A stretch of DNA of 60,452 nt from the sequence record SRR2962707_1499, one strand, 5' to 3'. Each line of letters opens with the position of its first letter. The stretch's first letter is position 1. Positions 1-9,474 of the stretch are shown piece after piece. The position numbers were made by a program, and so were the translations under genes. The notes below the pieces were generated by a model. It saw only the letters and a list, made by a program, of their open reading frames with translations, had not been told where the DNA came from and did not search any database.

Positions 1-232
1 ATCTGGCTTCAAAATCCGCAAAGGAAGCATCTATCGAATGATCAAGATGGTCGTCTGACGGTTCCCCTTCTAATAATACGTCGTCATCAGACCCAGCCGT
101 ATTGTCTGTAGCTTGATCATTTACCTCAGCCGGCGACTCATCAATGGTCGCTTCTTGCAGTAAATCATCTAAATAGCGCTGCACCGCAAGCTGCGGAGCA
201 ATCATACTGTCTTTCGTTTTCGTCTCTTTCAT
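1..232 (-). CDS. CheW-domain/ParP-like chemotaxis protein, N-terminal part (runs off window)
   Basis: Hand translation from ATG 232: MKETKTKDSMIAPQLAVQRYLDDLLQEAT..., open to the window edge. Lies directly after the ParA-like gene, as ParP/PA1463-type genes do. Confidence 0.7.
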   Translation of the reverse strand, partial: MKETKTKDSMIAPQLAVQRYLDDLLQEATIDESPAEVNDQATDNTAGSDDDVLLEGEPSDDHLDHSIDASFADFEAR

Positions 233-241
233 AACCCTGGT

Positions 242-1015
242 CTAATCCGCCGGATTCAGTAAGGTGCTCATAAGACTCTCATAAGCTTTCACGCCCCGAG
301 CATTCGCGTCCAATGCTGACGGAGCAACCCCTGCCGTACTCGCATCTCTTAATTTTGTGTCTACAGGAATCACAGAATGCCAGACCAATTCATCGTAGGT
401 ATCTTTCAAGCTACGTAAGCTTTTATTGGATGCCTGGGTTCTTCTATCAAACAAGGTTGGCACGATAATATACGGTACCGGACGCTTTCTCGCACGATTG
501 ATCATCGTCAGCGTACGAACCATTCGCTCTAAGCCTTTTATCGCCAAAAACTCTGTTTGTACTGGTATCACCAACTTTTGACAAGCCGCCAACGCATTGA
601 TCATCAACACACCCAGTACCGGTGGGCTATCGATCAAGACATAATCGTAATCGTCCCATAAAATGGCCAGAGTTTTAGACATCACCAAGCCCATACCACC
701 TTGGGCTTGAGCATGACGCTCAAGCGTTGCAAGTGCCGTCGAGGATGGCAACAATGATAAATTCGGATGGCCTGTTTCTAAAATAAGCTGTCCAGGTAGG
801 CTATTAGGGATTTTGCCATTTACCTGAAAAAGGTCATAAGCACTGTGCTCTATAGAATCTGGATCAAAGCGAAAATAACTGGTTAATGAGCCATGTGGAT
901 CCAAATCGATCATTAATACTCTGTTTCCGGCATCTGCCAATAGGCCAGCTAAGGAAACCACTGTTGTGGTTTTGCCTACCCCTCCCTTTTGATTTGCCAC
1001 TGCCCAAATGTGCAC
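242..1015 (-). CDS. ParA-family ATPase (chemotaxis-associated ParC-type)
   Basis: Deviant Walker A KGGVGKTT, DLDPHG, DSPP; located in che cluster. Confidence 0.92.
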   Translation of the reverse strand: MHIWAVANQKGGVGKTTTVVSLAGLLADAGNRVLMIDLDPHGSLTSYFRFDPDSIEHSAYDLFQVNGKIPNSLPGQLILETGHPNLSLLPSSTALATLERHAQAQGGMGLVMSKTLAILWDDYDYVLIDSPPVLGVLMINALAACQKLVIPVQTEFLAIKGLERMVRTLTMINRARKRPVPYIIVPTLFDRRTQASNKSLRSLKDTYDELVWHSVIPVDTKLRDASTAGVAPSALDANARGVKAYESLMSTLLNPAD

Positions 1016-1084
1016 TCTGAGTCCCCTGAGATCCTATGCTGTTATTTTGCTTACTATTTCATTGCAATCATATACAGTAAGTGA

Positions 1085-1933
1085 CTACTTAAACAAGTAA
1101 TCATATAGATTTGCCGCCTGCGTTTTACTAATCCTAAGTACGACGCGTCGATTTTGCTGACGCGCAGCATCACTGCTATTGCGCACCTTCGGATGCTCAC
1201 TAGAGAAACCAATCGGCGCAATAAGTTTAGGGTCAACGCCTCGATAAACAAGCTCCTCTACCACCGAAGACGCTCTTAAGCTGGACAAATGCCAATTTGA
1301 GATAAGACGCTGCGATGTGACGGGAAGATTATCGGTATTACCATCCACTAAAATAGGGGCTGGGTAGCTTTTTAAAATATTACTAATGACGATCAATAAC
1401 GCCACCGCTTCATTCGTCAGCTGATACTCACCTTCCCCAAATAACAGGGCGGATTTCAACTCCAAATTAACCCATTGCGGTGACTCTGTGATGGAGACTT
1501 GCCCTGACTGCTGCAACGATTGAAAGTCGCTGCTGATGACGCGATCTAATACATCGTAGATTGTTGGCTGAGGGATACCGCTCTCTGGAATTGGATCTGG
1601 GGCTTTTACTTCCATATTAGGAGGATTAGAAGGTATCGGCTGCGCATCCACGGCATCTTGATCTTTGGGCTCACCAATAATCGGCTGACCAATATTGATT
1701 GGCTTAACGGACTTTTGCACCGCATCAAAGACCCCATTGAGCGTCTCTGTCAGGCGTCGATCATTGCCCTGTGTTTTTAGAGAAATTGAATATAAGGCAA
1801 CGAAGAAAGCAAACAGCAAGGTGATAAAGTCAGCGTACGAAAGAATCCAGCGGTCTCTTCCTTGCGCGCCATCAGAAGCGCTGCTTCTGCGCACTCGCCG
1901 ACGACGTGAGGAATGAGCCCCTTCATCACTCAT
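1085..1933 (-). CDS. motD: Flagellar stator B subunit, MotD-type (OmpA-like C-terminus)
   Basis: WILSYADFITLLFAFF TM with conserved Asp; NWHLSSLRA, NRRV; follows cheB-motC. Confidence 0.85.
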   Translation of the reverse strand: MSDEGAHSSRRRRVRRSSASDGAQGRDRWILSYADFITLLFAFFVALYSISLKTQGNDRRLTETLNGVFDAVQKSVKPINIGQPIIGEPKDQDAVDAQPIPSNPPNMEVKAPDPIPESGIPQPTIYDVLDRVISSDFQSLQQSGQVSITESPQWVNLELKSALLFGEGEYQLTNEAVALLIVISNILKSYPAPILVDGNTDNLPVTSQRLISNWHLSSLRASSVVEELVYRGVDPKLIAPIGFSSEHPKVRNSSDAARQQNRRVVLRISKTQAANLYDYLFK

Positions 1934-2663
1934 AACTATTCAACTCTATGTCTAAACGTTGTGGGTGTTTGCCTGTTGCTATGCCATGCACACCATCAAT
2001 AATTAACTGATGGTAAAGCAGCTCTTGATCGACATAAGAAGACAATTTTTTAGAGATAGGAAAAATAACCAGGTTAGCAAACCCTTGTCCGTATAGCGTT
2101 GACACAAACGCCACCGCAATACCATGGCCGAGCGCAGACGGGCTGTCTAAATTCGCCATTGCCTGAATCAGACCCAGTACCGATCCCATAATACCTAAGG
2201 TCGGCGCATACCCGCCGATCGATTCTAAAAAGCGGACACTTGCCATGCGTTTATCATGAATCCGGTTCGCTTCATCGTGCAAGCGATCGGCTAATAATTC
2301 AGGGTCAGTGCCATCAATTGCCATCTGCAAAGCACGGGCAGCAAAAGGGTTCGGAAAGGAGGCTATGTCAGACTCTAAGGAAAATAAAGAAGTACGGCGG
2401 GCTTTTTGCGCCAGCTCAATAAGGTAAGCTCTGGCAAACGAAAAGTCGTAAACAGGTGGAAACAGACTCCACTTAGCAAGATAAAAGGCGCGCAGAGCAT
2501 CTTGAATACTACTCTGCATTAAGGTGGCGCCAACACTTCCAACAATGACAATAATAGCGGAAGGCAGGTTAAGAAGAAGAACAACTTCCCCTCCACCTAA
2601 CCAATTCGCTAGAAAAACCGAGCTAAAAGCGAGTAACAGTCCTGCTAAGGTGACAAAATCCAC
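1926..2663 (-). CDS. motC: Flagellar stator A subunit, MotC-type
   Basis: GGYAPTLGIMGSVLGLIQAM, STLYG; four hydrophobic segments; GTG start overlaps cheB stop. Confidence 0.85.
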   Translation of the reverse strand: MDFVTLAGLLLAFSSVFLANWLGGGEVVLLLNLPSAIIVIVGSVGATLMQSSIQDALRAFYLAKWSLFPPVYDFSFARAYLIELAQKARRTSLFSLESDIASFPNPFAARALQMAIDGTDPELLADRLHDEANRIHDKRMASVRFLESIGGYAPTLGIMGSVLGLIQAMANLDSPSALGHGIAVAFVSTLYGQGFANLVIFPISKKLSSYVDQELLYHQLIIDGVHGIATGKHPQRLDIELNSYE

Positions 2664-3727
2664 TAAGAAACCTCACGAGCAATTCGTTCACCAATATGAT
2701 TAAGGTCTATGATGTCATCCGCAAGGTTCGCCTTCTCAACCGCCATCGGCATACCATAAATAACACACGACGCTTCACTTTGAACCCAAACGGTCGACCC
2801 AGAGCTTTTCAGCATGCGAGCCCCTTCTCGACCGTCTACCCCCATCCCCGTCATAATCACGGAAAGGACTTTTCCCGGATAACATTTTGAGGCAGAGCCA
2901 AATGTTACATCCACGGAGGGTTTATAATTAAGTCGCTCATCGCCTTCTAGTATTCGCACACAACCACCGTTGCGTGGGTCAACCATCATTTGCTTTCCAC
3001 CTGGCGCCAGTAACGCCACACCAGGCAAAAGGCGGTCGCCATCTTTTGCTTCTTTCACTGTGATCTGACAGATGTTATTGAGCCGTTCAGCAAACGCGCC
3101 GGTAAACGCGGCAGGCATATGCTGTACCACCACCAATGGCGCTGAAAAATCCTTGGGCAATTTGCTCAACACCATCTGCAAGGCCATAGGACCGCCCGTT
3201 GACGTACCAATTGCCACTAGACTTACTCGTTTGCGTGCGCGAGGAATAATCACCCCACGATCGGTCACAATCGGCTTCGGAGCCACTCTAGGTTCTAGAC
3301 TACGAACCGGCGCTCTCGTGCCGGCAAGTCGAGTACGAGCAACCGCCAATACCCTTTCAACCAAAGTCCGTTTTACCACCGCAGAATCCCGAGAAATGTC
3401 CTCGAAATTCTTTGGCATAAAATCAACCGCCCCGGCTTCTAATGCATCCAATGTCACCTTCGCACCTTCGTGCGTCAATGATGAAAACATGAGAACCGGT
3501 GTCGGCTTCAACTTCATGATATTCGTCACCGCTGAAATGCCATCCAAAATCGGCATTTCATAATCCATGGTAACAACATCAGGCGACAAAGATTGCACTT
3601 TGTCTACCGCTTCACGACCATTATTGGCGGTTCCAACAACCGTCAGCCTAGGATCGGCCTCAAAAATCTCAACGAGACGACGTCGAAAAAAACCTGAATC
3701 GTCTACGACCAGAACCTTAACCGGCAT
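2663..3727 (-). CDS. cheB: Chemotaxis methylesterase CheB
   Basis: N-terminal receiver; GTSTGGP, QHMP, MTGMGVDG catalytic motifs. Confidence 0.97.
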   Translation of the reverse strand: MPVKVLVVDDSGFFRRRLVEIFEADPRLTVVGTANNGREAVDKVQSLSPDVVTMDYEMPILDGISAVTNIMKLKPTPVLMFSSLTHEGAKVTLDALEAGAVDFMPKNFEDISRDSAVVKRTLVERVLAVARTRLAGTRAPVRSLEPRVAPKPIVTDRGVIIPRARKRVSLVAIGTSTGGPMALQMVLSKLPKDFSAPLVVVQHMPAAFTGAFAERLNNICQITVKEAKDGDRLLPGVALLAPGGKQMMVDPRNGGCVRILEGDERLNYKPSVDVTFGSASKCYPGKVLSVIMTGMGVDGREGARMLKSSGSTVWVQSEASCVIYGMPMAVEKANLADDIIDLNHIGERIAREVS

Positions 3728-3756
3728 AACGCGCTACCCCTAAATAAAAATCTTAT

Positions 3757-6006
3757 CTACCTTGATGCATAGCTTTTGATCATGCTCGGCACATCGAGAA
3801 TTAATGCAATACGACCATCACCTGTAATTGTCGCTCCCGCTATGCCTACCGTGCCTTGTAGCATTTTGCCCAGTGGCTTAATAACCACTTCTTCTTGGCC
3901 GACTAGCTGATCCACAACAAAGCCAACTTCACTGGTGCCAACTTGAACCACCACCACATGGGCTTCTTTTGGCTCTGTTTGCTTGCCTTCGCCTTTTATC
4001 AGCCAACTTTTCAGGTGGAAAATCGGCAGGGTTTTCCCCCTAATAACCACCACTTGCTGACCGTCAACCACATTGGTTTTCTGTAGATCTAAGTGGAATA
4101 TTTCATTCACACTCACCAATGGGAAAGCGAACGCTTGATCCGATAAAGTCACCATCAAGGTGGGCATAATCGCCAGCGTTAGAGGCACTTTAATAATAAA
4201 GCGTGACCCTTGCCCTAACACAGACTGAATGTGTAGGGTGCCGTTCAATTGAGAAATTTTCGTTTTAACAACGTCCATTCCCACACCACGTCCTGACACA
4301 TCCGTGATTTCAGTTTTTGTCGAGAAACCAGGCGCAAAAATCAGATTAAAGGCTTCGTCATCCGACAAACGCTCTGCCGCGTCCATGTCCATCAAGCCTT
4401 TTTCAACGGCTTTACGACGCAGTACATCAGGGTCCATACCCGCGCCATCATCATCGATGGACAAGAGTATATGATCGCCTTCTTGCTCTGCAGAAAGCAC
4501 CACATGACCAACTCGAGGCTTACCATTGGCTTCACGAACATCCGGCACTTCGACACCATGGTCAACCGAGTTTCGGACCAAATGCACCAATGGATCAGCA
4601 AGGGCTTCTACTAGGTTTTTATCTAAATCTGTCTCTTCGCCACGCAGCTCAAGATTGACTTCTTTCTTCAAGTTTCGAGCCAGATCTCGAACCACTCGAG
4701 GGAACTTACCAAAGACTTTCTTGATCGGCTGCATTCGTGTCTTCATGACCGCGTTCTGCAAATCGCCTGTCACTACATCCAGGTTAGCCACCGCTTTGCC
4801 CATAGACTCGTCTTCGCTTTGTAGGCCTAAACGTACCAAGCGATTTCGAACTAAGACAAGCTCGCCAACCATGTTCATAATGTCATCAAGTCGCTTCGTA
4901 TCTACACGAACCGTCGCTTCTTGCGTCACCGGAGAATTGCTCGATTTTTCTTTCACCGGCTCCGTGCGTTTTTTCTCAACCGCTGGCTTAGCAGCAGGTT
5001 TCGGGGCTGACGCTTTTTCCGCTTTCTTCTGAGGCGCTTCCGCTTTAGTTTCAGCGGCATTCGCCTCAGCGGTTGTCTTCGGCGCCTGGCCTTTACCGTG
5101 CAAACTGTCTAATAAAGATTCAAATTCATCTTCTGTTATCAAGTCGCCTTCGGTCGAAACAGATGCTTTTTCCTCTGCCGCTTTATCTGAAGATGGGGCT
5201 TCTTTCGCCTCTTCAACCTGCCCTGGTGCATTACTACCATGGAGTTGATCAAGCAGTTTCTCAAATTCATCTTCTGTTATTTCATCGGCACCAGACGACT
5301 CAGCAATCGGCTCAGCCGGCTTTGACTCTTCAGCAGAAATACCCGGTGCACTTGAACCATGAAGTTGATCAAGCAAGGCATCGAATTCGTCTTCGGTAAT
5401 ATCATCTGAACCTGTTACCTCGCCGGACGGTATGGATTCTGCATTGCTAGAATCGCCTCCCCCTAAAGCATCGAGTAAAGATTCGAACTCGTCGTCAGAA
5501 ATATCATTGTGCTCAACGGCATCGCCTTGCTCTGAAGCATCACTCAACACAGAAGACTCTTCCTCTGCACTGTCGTTCACCTCAGGCGCTTCGTCTGCCG
5601 CCATTTCCGCTTCGCTTGGTGGCACAGCATACGCACTTAATGCACTGATTAAGTCAGGATCTGCACGTTCAGGTTCACCACCTGCCCGTACGGTATCAAA
5701 CATTTCGTTTACAGCATCTAACGCCTGTAATACGACATCCATTAACTCTGAATCAATTTTACGCTGACCATTGCGCAAGATATCAAACACACTTTCCGCG
5801 TAATGACAGCAATCTACTAAAGCGGTTAACTGGAGAAAACCCGCACCGCCTTTGACGGTGTGAAAACCACGAAAAATAGCATTAAGTAGCTGTTTATCAT
5901 CTGGGTTTTGCTCTAGATCTACTAATTGTTCGGAAAGCTGTTCAAGCAGTTCGCCAGCTTCTACCAAAAAATCCTGCAGAATTTCTTCATCGACCTCGAA
6001 ACTCAT
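3757..6006 (-). CDS. cheA: Chemotaxis histidine kinase CheA
   Basis: P1 FRGFHTVKGG, HLVRNSVDHG, DDDGAG, SGRGVGMDVV, C-terminal CheW-like domain. Confidence 0.98.
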   Translation of the reverse strand: MSFEVDEEILQDFLVEAGELLEQLSEQLVDLEQNPDDKQLLNAIFRGFHTVKGGAGFLQLTALVDCCHYAESVFDILRNGQRKIDSELMDVVLQALDAVNEMFDTVRAGGEPERADPDLISALSAYAVPPSEAEMAADEAPEVNDSAEEESSVLSDASEQGDAVEHNDISDDEFESLLDALGGGDSSNAESIPSGEVTGSDDITEDEFDALLDQLHGSSAPGISAEESKPAEPIAESSGADEITEDEFEKLLDQLHGSNAPGQVEEAKEAPSSDKAAEEKASVSTEGDLITEDEFESLLDSLHGKGQAPKTTAEANAAETKAEAPQKKAEKASAPKPAAKPAVEKKRTEPVKEKSSNSPVTQEATVRVDTKRLDDIMNMVGELVLVRNRLVRLGLQSEDESMGKAVANLDVVTGDLQNAVMKTRMQPIKKVFGKFPRVVRDLARNLKKEVNLELRGEETDLDKNLVEALADPLVHLVRNSVDHGVEVPDVREANGKPRVGHVVLSAEQEGDHILLSIDDDGAGMDPDVLRRKAVEKGLMDMDAAERLSDDEAFNLIFAPGFSTKTEITDVSGRGVGMDVVKTKISQLNGTLHIQSVLGQGSRFIIKVPLTLAIMPTLMVTLSDQAFAFPLVSVNEIFHLDLQKTNVVDGQQVVVIRGKTLPIFHLKSWLIKGEGKQTEPKEAHVVVVQVGTSEVGFVVDQLVGQEEVVIKPLGKMLQGTVGIAGATITGDGRIALILDVPSMIKSYASR
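5095..5508 (-). repeat. Four imperfect in-frame repeats in CheA linker (I[TS][ED]DEF[ED]xLLDxL)
   Basis: Copies at about 5095-5145, 5236-5286, 5356-5406 and 5458-5508. Confidence 0.9.
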
Positions 6007-6018
6007 CCTCAGCTCCTT

Positions 6019-6810
6019 TTAGAAACCAAGACTTGATAGCAAGTCGTCTACTTCGTCTTGACTATTTAGTACTTCAGGGTTGTTTTGTTTATTAATAGCT
6101 GGGCCATGTCCACGAGTGTCATCGTGTTCTGCCTCTTTCTCTTCGTATTGAATCCCGGAGATACTATCAACGCGTCCTGCAACAGCAACAAGATGAACAA
6201 GGCGTTCTTCTACATCTCGAATTAAATCATTCACTCTAGCAATAACCTGACCCGTAAGATCTTGGTAGCCTTGCTCTAAGAGAATGGTGTTGAGGTTGGA
6301 GTGTAAAGCGGTGGCACTGTTATCCGCATATTGTAAAAAAACATCAATACGCTTGTATAACTCACGAAATTCTTGCGGCGTGAGATCACGTTGAATCAAT
6401 CGGCCCCAATCCTTCCGTAATTCTTTTGCTTGAGCCTGCAATTCACTGGCAACAGGCATACTGCTATCTACCATATCCATGGTTTTGTTAGCAGCAGAAC
6501 TCGTTAGTTCAATGACATAATTTAGGCGATCAGACGCATCCGTGATCTTGGTTCCAGAATCACTGGCTTTATCGCCTACGACTAAATCCATTGAATCGAT
6601 TTGAAAATCTCGAATAGCATCATGGAGGCTGCGTGTTAATGTGCCCACCTCTTTATAAAAGCTACTGTGCCGAGCGTCACTCAGTTCCTGTATTATCTTA
6701 ATAGCGCCACTAAAATCACCTGTCTCCAAATGATTTAATAAATCAACAGCACCATCTCTAACTAAGTTTTCAAAATCTCCTAGTTCAGATCCAGATTGCT
6801 TTGACATCAA
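6019..6810 (-). CDS. cheZ: CheY-P phosphatase CheZ
   Basis: YQDLTGQVI catalytic motif; C-terminal QDEVDDLLSSLGF. Confidence 0.96.
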   Translation of the reverse strand: MMSKQSGSELGDFENLVRDGAVDLLNHLETGDFSGAIKIIQELSDARHSSFYKEVGTLTRSLHDAIRDFQIDSMDLVVGDKASDSGTKITDASDRLNYVIELTSSAANKTMDMVDSSMPVASELQAQAKELRKDWGRLIQRDLTPQEFRELYKRIDVFLQYADNSATALHSNLNTILLEQGYQDLTGQVIARVNDLIRDVEERLVHLVAVAGRVDSISGIQYEEKEAEHDDTRGHGPAINKQNNPEVLNSQDEVDDLLSSLGF

Positions 6811-6816
6811 CAGTCC

Positions 6817-7221
6817 TTATTTAGCCGCATCGATTCGTTCGAATATTTTCTCAATTTTTTCTTTGAGAGCTACCGCAGTAAAAGGCTTAACAACATAGCC
6901 ATTTACACCAGCTTGTGCCGCTGCAATAATCTGGTCACGTTTCGCTTCCGCCGTTACCATAAGAACGGGGATGCTTTTTAATTTCTCATCCGCTCGAACA
7001 GCACGAAGCAACTCGATTCCAGTCATCCCTGGCATATTCCAATCGGTCACAAGAAAGTCCACTGTGCCTGCTTGAAGAATCGGCAACGCTGTTGTTCCAT
7101 CATCCGCTTCAACTGTATTGGTAAACCCCAAATCCCGCAGTAAGTTTTTGATGATACGTCTCATTGTCGAGAAATCATCAACAATCAGGATCTTCATGTT
7201 TTTATCCAATGCACCCTCCAC
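6817..7221 (-). CDS. cheY: Chemotaxis response regulator CheY (likely start TTG 7209)
   Basis: [30 protein letters not shown] lies just upstream of TTG 7209. Confidence 0.98.
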   Translation of the reverse strand: MEGALDKNMKILIVDDFSTMRRIIKNLLRDLGFTNTVEADDGTTALPILQAGTVDFLVTDWNMPGMTGIELLRAVRADEKLKSIPVLMVTAEAKRDQIIAAAQAGVNGYVVKPFTAVALKEKIEKIFERIDAAK

Positions 7222-7252
7222 ACTCTAACGTTAGTCTTTCAAAACACATAAT

Positions 7253-7990
7253 TTAGTCCTGCCAGTCACTTAATCGAGCCTTTAACCGCATCGCGGCTTG
7301 GCTGTGTATTTGACTGACTCTAGATTCACTGACACCTAACACCGCGCCAATTTCTTTTAAATTTAACTCTTCATTGTAGTAAAGAGATAATACAAGTTTT
7401 TCTCTTTCTGGGAGTAAGTCGATCTCTTTCGCCAACTGCCCCTGAAAGCCACTCTCTTCTGTCATGGCATAGGGCGTACTATTAACGTCCGATGACATGC
7501 CATCCAAGACACCACTGTCACTTTCAATGATTTCTTCATAGCTGAATAGCTGAGTGGTCATTGATGAATGAATAATGTCATGATATTCATCAATGCTAAT
7601 GGCCATGTGAGCCGCTACTTCCATATCGGTTACATCACGGCCAACTTTAGATTCTAACTCATGTATCGCTGCCGATACGGCACGACCATTTCGTCTGACG
7701 GAGCGAGGAGCCCAATCTGCTTTGCGAATCTCATCCATAATGGAACCACGAATGCGAATTCCAGCATAGGTTTCAAAACTAGCGCCTTTGTTTGATTCAA
7801 ACCGTTTATAGGCTTCAATCAACCCCATCATTCCCGCTTGTGTTAAATCATTTACATCAACACTGTTTGGCAAGCGAGCCAACAGATGATACGCAATTTT
7901 TTTAACTAAATAACCATACTGGTCAACAATAGCATCAACTGACAAGGTCGCTTTTTTAGCGTATGTGTTATATCCGTTTTTGGTTTGCAT
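7253..7990 (-). CDS. fliA: Flagellar sigma-28 FliA
   Basis: FETYAGIRIRGSIMDE, DWAPRS, LGVSESRVSQ. Confidence 0.98.
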   Translation of the reverse strand: MQTKNGYNTYAKKATLSVDAIVDQYGYLVKKIAYHLLARLPNSVDVNDLTQAGMMGLIEAYKRFESNKGASFETYAGIRIRGSIMDEIRKADWAPRSVRRNGRAVSAAIHELESKVGRDVTDMEVAAHMAISIDEYHDIIHSSMTTQLFSYEEIIESDSGVLDGMSSDVNSTPYAMTEESGFQGQLAKEIDLLPEREKLVLSLYYNEELNLKEIGAVLGVSESRVSQIHSQAAMRLKARLSDWQD

Positions 7991-8091
7991 AAGTTATAGC
8001 GTAAACAACCTTTAACTATTTGAATCCAATGCACATAATAACTGTACTACAGACTTTGGCTCGGGGCTTGACCTAATCAAGCACCATATTA

Positions 8092-9375
8092 CTAACTGCC
8101 ATATCTTAATGCACCGTAAAGTTGACTATAATGCTCTGCCGTATATACCGCTCGACTAATTAAATTGTGGGCCCGTGCAGGCTCAATATCATCTGGAATG
8201 CGTTGACCGTCAGCGATATAAACAACCGGTAACCCTTCCTCTACCACCACACTAATCGCTTCGCCTAGCGAGGCAGACTCATCAAGTTTACTCAATACAC
8301 AGCCATCTAACTGCACTTGAGAATACACATCGATGACGGTTTTCAATACTTGTCGTTGGCTAGTACAAGGCAATACAAGCAATTTCTTTAATCCGACACG
8401 CGCCCGTTTCATCATTAACAACTGACGTTCTAGGTTAGAATCCCGAGGATTCATCCCTGCCGTATCAACCAGCACCAATGAATAATCTGAGTACTTTGCC
8501 AGCACTTCGTTTAAATCAGAATACTCATTAACAACTTCAACTGGGACATTGAGTATACGACCAAATGTCCGAAGTTGCTCATGAGCGGCAATTCGATAGG
8601 TATCTGTGGTTACTAAAACCACACTTCCCGAGCCGTGCTTCAATACATGTTGGGCGGCAATTTTACCAATTGACGTGGTCTTGCCCACACCCGTCGGGCC
8701 CATAAAAGCAATACAGCCCTGTAATTCATTATTATTAGAACGAATAGGAATGTAATCCGCTAGATGAGCTAATAATCGATTCCAGTCGTCTTCTCGCCCT
8801 TTTAAATCAATATCGTCTAAAAGGCGCGATATCACAGTGTCAGATAACCCCAAGCGCTTTAGTTTCTCTCTCGCTTGAGCTTCAATCGGATTCACTTTCG
8901 AGTTAGCGGCGGTCTGTTGCTCCAACATATCTCGAACGTGTTGCAGCTCCAGTTCCATTTCATGAATCTGACGCGCGTTGTCTCGGTTTTTTAGCGACAG
9001 CGCCTCTTCCACTAACGGATCTTCTTGATCCTCTTGCAATGGTGGCAAATCAAAAGAAGCGGCCTGCGGTTCTGGTGCGCTAGGTTGAGCTGGCGAATAC
9101 TGCTTTGCTCGCTCTATACGTTCAAAATATTCTGCACTCGGGTCTTGATTCTGCTCAGGTCGCTTCGCTTGGGCAGGACGAGGAGAAGGTGTTGACGCTT
9201 TCTTTTCGGCCATACTAGAAGGCAAAGAGCCGTCATAATCCAATGCTGCAACAATCTCTATTTCCCCTGTCGCTAGGCGTTGGTTCGACAAAATGACCGC
9301 GTCAGGGCCCACAGCATCACGGACTTTCCGTATTGCTTGGCGCATGTCGGGTGCTCGAAACCGCCTAATTTGCAT
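8092..9375 (-). CDS. flhF: SRP-type GTPase FlhF
   Basis: GPTGVGKTT, DTYRIAA, DTAG, SKLDE, GQRIPDD. Confidence 0.96.
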   Translation of the reverse strand: MQIRRFRAPDMRQAIRKVRDAVGPDAVILSNQRLATGEIEIVAALDYDGSLPSSMAEKKASTPSPRPAQAKRPEQNQDPSAEYFERIERAKQYSPAQPSAPEPQAASFDLPPLQEDQEDPLVEEALSLKNRDNARQIHEMELELQHVRDMLEQQTAANSKVNPIEAQAREKLKRLGLSDTVISRLLDDIDLKGREDDWNRLLAHLADYIPIRSNNNELQGCIAFMGPTGVGKTTSIGKIAAQHVLKHGSGSVVLVTTDTYRIAAHEQLRTFGRILNVPVEVVNEYSDLNEVLAKYSDYSLVLVDTAGMNPRDSNLERQLLMMKRARVGLKKLLVLPCTSQRQVLKTVIDVYSQVQLDGCVLSKLDESASLGEAISVVVEEGLPVVYIADGQRIPDDIEPARAHNLISRAVYTAEHYSQLYGALRYGS

Positions 9376-9474
9376 GAATACTACAATCCTTCTAGTTTAT
9401 TTTTCTTACAAATCCATAGCTTACCCGAAAGGTTTTGATAAATATAGATAGTAAATCATTACAATCAATACAGA

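Noticed and set aside
242-1015. ParA-family gene as a relocated FlhG/FleN
   Set aside because: Its sequence (NQKGGVGKTTT, DLDPHGSL, PVQTEFLA) and position before a CheW-domain gene fit the chemotaxis ParC/Soj type, not MinD-like FlhG
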